A DNA stretch of 64,000 bases from Plasmodiophora brassicae (lineage: Eukaryota), in the NCBI GenBank assembly GCA_036867785.1, contig CP145409.1, positions 1,364,001 to 1,428,000 on the forward strand. The letters are read 5' to 3'. The notes beneath the pieces are model-generated. The model worked only from the letters and a program-made list of their open reading frames with translations. It was not told where the DNA came from and did no database searches. A program made the translations under genes and the position numbers. Positions within the stretch are counted from its first letter, which is position 1, and every line of letters starts with the position of its first letter. Shown here one piece after another: positions 59,042 through 64,000 of this stretch.

Positions 59042-60210
59042 ATGTCCCTTGCCGCGCATCAGCAGGAGATGGTGGCGGTCACAATGCGAATATTGTCCAT
59101 GTCCCCAGGTGTCGCCCAAAGAATCGGTTCACGCCGGAGGACCAACTCGTCATGTCCAGAGCGCCGCTCGTGTCCTCCGTGCGCCCAGCGTAAGCGGCGG
59201 ATCAAGTTGAGGGAGGCAATCTGCGCGTACCATCTGGCTTACGTTGTCAGGACGGTCAGGCATACCAGGCCGTCGTCGACGTGCTGGCTGCTGCTGCTGC
59301 TAGCTGCTGCTGTCAGCTGCTGTCAGCTGTGTCAGCGGACTCCGCCGCCACGATTATCGTCGCCGGCCCATGAGCATGCGGGCGCATCTGCTGCGTCGCT
59401 CTGTAGGCGCCTCGGCGTGGACCACGTCCTGCAGTACAGCTGCCTCTGTACGCCGACGCGAGCTGTCGACCAGTACTCGTAGGCGTGGCATCGGCGTGTC
59501 GCTGCCGCTGCTGTGCGCGTCATGTGCTGATTGATCGCGCGTTGCCCGCAGGGAACGGCAGTCGAATATCGTCGGAGATTCTGGCCGGTTTGAAGCAGTT
59601 TGGCCTGCATGATGTCACGCCCGACATGCTGGAGATGGTCATGGACCGGGTTGGCATTCGGGACCTGTCCGAGGCGTCGTTGCCGGACGCGATCCGCCGT
59701 ATGGAGGAGATGGTCCCGGGCGTGAAGAACGGCGCGCTGGCGTCCAGGATATCGCTGAGCCCGGTTATACGCGCCGGCCTGCATGCCGAGACCGTCCGCC
59801 AGGCCAATGCCATGCTGTCGTCGCTGCGCGAGGGTGACATCGGCCTGGTCGTCGACGTGCCCTGCAACCTGCGCCTGCTGGAGGCGGCCCGGTCGCCGCG
59901 GTCGCCGTTCGACCCGGGCGCGACGCCCGAGTCGGCCCTGGAAGCGTTACAGGCGTGGCTGTCCAAGGCGGGCGGCGACGTGCTCGCCGATCGGCAGCTG
60001 GGCACGCTGTCCTGGCATGACCTGACCATGGACGAGGCCGACGCGATCGTCAGCGGGCCTTGGTCCTGGATCCGCAACCCAGGAAGCGCCGCCGATGACG
60101 ACCTCGACAGGCCGGTCGCTGTCGTCTACGCCCTCCTGGGCCTGCCAGATGGGCGCGCCGAGATGAGCCCCATCTCGGCCGCTGTGGGCGACTGGGACCA
60201 GCCGTTCTGA
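59042..60210 (+). CDS. Hypothetical protein (probably spliced; 5' end uncertain)
   Basis: The 241-aa ORF at 59485-60210 has coding-like GC3 bias; upstream ORF fragments are present but no domain was recognised. Confidence 0.45.
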
Positions 60211-60305
60211 GCGCGACCCGACAGAGATAGAGAGGGAGAAACAGATCCAGTACAATATACGAGCGGGGGCCCTAACGCGCCTGTATCCGACATTGGGCAG
60301 ACGCG

Positions 60306-63279
60306 TCAGCGCCGCCCCGCCTCCTGCTGCTGCTGCTGCCACTGGCGTACAAAGTCGGCCAGGTCGGACGGGAGGGCGTCGATGCTGACCTGGCCGGCAT
60401 AGTAGGGGCGCAGGACGGCGGCCGTCGCCCGCCAGTACGCCAGGACGCGTTTCTCGCCGAGTCGCACGCGAACAACGCTGCGCTGCCGGTCGTCGTCGAA
60501 CCGGTCCCGCTGCAGCAGGCGCAGGTCGTCGTCGATGCTGCCCGCGAACATGGCCAGGGCGTCGGCGGCCGCCTCGTCGATCGCGTCGACGACCTGCAGG
60601 TCGGTGCGCCCCCGTTGCACCTTGCGAACGCATTCCCAGACGGCGTCGTCGTTCGTCGTCGCTGGCACCGTGCACGTCGTGGCCGTCGCCGTTGCACGGC
60701 CGGGCGTCGTCCCCGGGAACAGCCGGAAGCGCATCTGGGCGACGTCGTGCGGGTTGTCCGGTAGGGCGAACCCGTAGACGGTCAGCAGGATGCCGTTCGA
60801 CTTGATGCCGTACGACGTGACGATGGCATCGCCGTCGGCGATCGACCGCGCCGCCGTCACCTGGAACTCGGCCCGGTCCGGGTCGAACGCCCAGAACGCG
60901 TTCGGCGCCAGCCCGTGGTTCATCATGTCGACGAACGGCACCATCATGTTCAGCGTGCGGTTCGCGTCCCGGTCGACGTCGACGATGAAGTTGCGCGTGT
61001 CGACCAGGTGCCGGGCGCGCGCGTACGCCCTCCTGCTGACGTTCGCCATCGACCTGGGCGCCGCCCGTCGCAACGCGTCGTAGTCGCGATCCAGGACGTG
61101 CCGCGTCCCGTTGACCAGCGCCAGCGTACGCGTGCCTTCGAGCATGGCCAGCAGGTCGGTCGGGTAGTACTGCGCCAGGAACGACTCGTACGACGACAGC
61201 GACGGCAGCGTCGCGTTGAACAGGGACAGGTACGGGGACAACGTGGCGCCCGGTGTGCCAACGGCGACGTCGCGCGCGTCGTGTGCCCAGGACGTGGCCA
61301 GCAGGGCGGCCATCAGCGCATGCGTCTCCAGGTCAACGCCGTTCCGACGCGCCTCCTTGGCAACGTCGCAATCCTGAGGAGCGACCACGCGTCAGCACTG
61401 GCAGGCAGCCGGCCGCGAGAGGGAGCACACGTGTGTCCCTGCTTACGCCGGCCAGTGCGGATGTGATGATCAGCGACAAGGGCACCGAGATGACGACGTC
61501 GCCCTGTGACATGGGGCGGTGGGCGCGCAGGCCCCGCTGGCCGGCGTCGTCCTCGTGGACGACGCGCACGCCCGACAGGTCCGCCCCGCCCGCCTCCATC
61601 CATTGTCGCAACGCGTCGAACGGGTCCTCGCCGACGAACGCACCTGCTGCCGGCGCGGGCGCTGCCTCCGTCGTCGTCGTCAGACGCTGACCGGCGTCGG
61701 CCAGGACCCGGTCCAGGAATCTCTGGGCGGCGTCGGCCTCCAGACGTCGCATGGCGACGGCCATCTCGATCTGGTGCACGTCGTGCTGGTCGTCCGGCGC
61801 CGGCGGCACCCGCCTGAGCTCGCCGACCTTGCGACGTATGGCGTCCGCTAAGGCGACGCGAGCGCGCTCCTCGTTGCCGGCGCTGATCAGGGCGCGCCCG
61901 GTGGCGTCGGGCAGGGCGCGCTCGCTGGCGTTCCGGGCCAGGAGGCGCAGGACCTGGGCCATGCCCGGGTCAATGGGCGACTCGCTCGTCAGCGTCCACG
62001 ATCGGCGCCAATCGCCGACCAGGTGCCGCAGCCTGCCGTCCTTGTCGTCGGCGTCGCGCGGATCGAACTCGACCTTGAAGGTGTCCAGCGCCGGCTGGGG
62101 GCGCTCGGGCACGAACCCGTAGTCGACGTAGTAGACCTACACCGGGCGTGCACCGTCAGCTCATGGGGCGCTTCGCCTCGGGCGCAGGGCACCACCTGAG
62201 CGGGCCTGTGGCCATAGTTACGGGTCAGGCCCAGCTGGGGCGACACGGGACGCCCGGTCGCCATGACGACGTGCTCGTTCTGCACGAACCGATCCGTCGT
62301 GGTCGCCTCCGATGCTGGGCTGTGCCTGCAATGGGTGCCCCGTCACCGGCCGCCCGGCCCGAGCCCGCTCAGAGATCCCCCGCCGTACCTGATCTCGTTG
62401 AGCAACGGGATCAGGGCGGCCGTCTTCTGCCCGTCGATGGTGACGGCGGCCGCGCGCGTCATCGAGACCAGGACGCCCCATTCGTACTGGTCGAAAGAGA
62501 CGGCCGGCAGGGTGCGCCTGACGATCTCCTGGTACTCGTCGCGGATCTCCTTGCGCCTCAGGACGATCAGGTCGCGGGCGGCCGTCCCGCGCAGCACCTC
62601 GTCGAAGACCCATCCGGGCGCTTTGATCGGCGACGATCCGGCGAACGAGGCCGGCAGGACGCGGATGTACGGTTGCCAGGTCGACGACGGGTCGGCGCGC
62701 TCCACCGCCAGGTACCTGGCGTCACGCCCGTGTCAGTACGAAGGACGATCACAATGATGGTGACGATGGCCTGGGGCATCGGGGGACGTACACGCCCAGC
62801 AGGACGTGGACCGAGGGTTTGCTGTCGGACGGCCCGTTGACGAGGGCGTGCCCGGCGCGCGATTGCTCCACGACTTGCATGGTGATCATGCGGTCCACTG
62901 GGATGCGCTGCAGGACCTGTCGGCGACGGGGGCGCTCGTCGCCCACGTACTGGACGCCTTTACCGTCGTCGGACGCCACGACGGGTCGTAGGTGCGCCCC
63001 GACCGGCAGCCAGCGATGGAACACGTCCAGGTCCACCTGGCGTAACGCGGAGCGCAGCGTCGTGTTCGTCGGGTCGCGGCTCAGGGCGTCGGCCAGCGCC
63101 AGACGGCGGTCGTACAGCCACTGGGCGCTGCTCGTCTCGTGGCTGGGTGATGCCAATCGGTCAATGTCGACGACGTGCGCCCGGTCAGGGCGGCGCAGCA
63201 GGGACGCGGGCGACGGCAGGTGCAGGACGACCCAGTAGAGCAGGAACGGGACCAGCAACGCTAGCACGCCCAGCGTCAT
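60306..63279 (-). CDS. Protein with two tandem LSMT/SETD3-type SET modules and an N-terminal hydrophobic segment (multi-exon)
   Basis: Module 1: KGVQY..RIPVDRMIT, SSTWQPYIRVLP, YEWG..VSMTRA, LIPLLNEIRH, NYG, YGFVP. Module 2: LRQWMEAGG, QRGLRAHRP..GDVVISVPLSLIIT, VDTRNF, MVPFVDMMNH, SYGIKSNGILLTVYGF..PDNPHD. Confidence 0.75.
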
Positions 63280-64000
63280 GGATCGTCGGGCGCGACGGCC
63301 TGCTGGCCTGGCCGGCCGCCGCCTGCTGCTGCTGCCGCTGCTGTGCATGATGTCACACACCAGCGTCCACCTGGGCACAGGAGGGTATATGCCAGCAGAA
63401 GACAATGCTGTTGGGCACGGGAGCACCGCATGACTCATCCAGCCCCAGGCGAGATGCCCGATGAGCACACGGCCCGTTGCACGCAGGGTGAACATGCTCC
63501 GATCTGCGGGCGCTCCTGGGCCCTAACGAAGAACGGCCCGTTCCGAATGGGCACCGCGGGACATGGGGGTCAGCAGTGTCGGCCAAAGGTGAGGCGGGCC
63601 GGACGTTAGACCGGTCGGGTCGCTACGTACCCGCCCTGCCTGGCAGCCGACGCCGACCTGGAAGGCGGGCATTCGCCTGTTGAAGGACGCGGCCCGGGCG
63701 GACGTTGCCGGATCTAAGCATCCGTCCGCGAGATGGAGACGGCCTTGACGATCGCCTGCGCGCTCGCCAATCGCCATGGGTCACTGACTGAGACGTTCCC
63801 TTTGGCTCGAGCAAACGGCCAGCGTGCCGCGTCCTAACCTGCATATTGTCGACACCCAGCGCCTGCTGAGTCCCGTCGCCTGATGATGCAAAGCAGCAGA
63901 TGACGAGACTGATCGACTCGGACGCGTACTTTGGTTGCCCGGCGAATAACATAAGCCAGCAGTACGCGTGTACGTTGATGGCCGACGCGATTAGCTGCGG

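Overview
Compact, GC-rich eukaryotic genomic DNA with many short (~50-70 nt) spliceosomal introns and very short intergenic spaces. The gene style (secreted Skp1-like/ankyrin protein, 7TM receptor-like protein, chitin deacetylase, GH20) suggests a plasmodiophorid/phytomyxid protist such as Plasmodiophora; this is inference. About 25 protein genes are recognisable: three paralogous WD40-like genes, GH5 endoglycoceramidase, IQ-motif protein, ankyrin proteins, FAM228-like, MTG1-like GTPase, tandem CE4 deacetylase, probable FAAP100, GH20, 7TM protein, MsrB, F-box/LRR, EF-hand, RTF1, USP, CYSTM-like, CENP-C, peroxisomal bifunctional enzyme, mitochondrial uL1, MPDU1 and a double-SET protein. There is also one tRNA-Pro(AGG). 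The most unusual part is a ~14-kb gene-poor island (~19.3-33.6 kb). It holds a decayed Ty3/gypsy gag-protease, two families of dispersed ~200-nt repeats that fold by eye into multi-stem structures with compensatory or G-U-preserving changes between copies, and three unrelated inverted duplications with similar spacers (210, 166, 179 bp). Exon boundaries and homology calls were made by eye and from memory; no searches were run.
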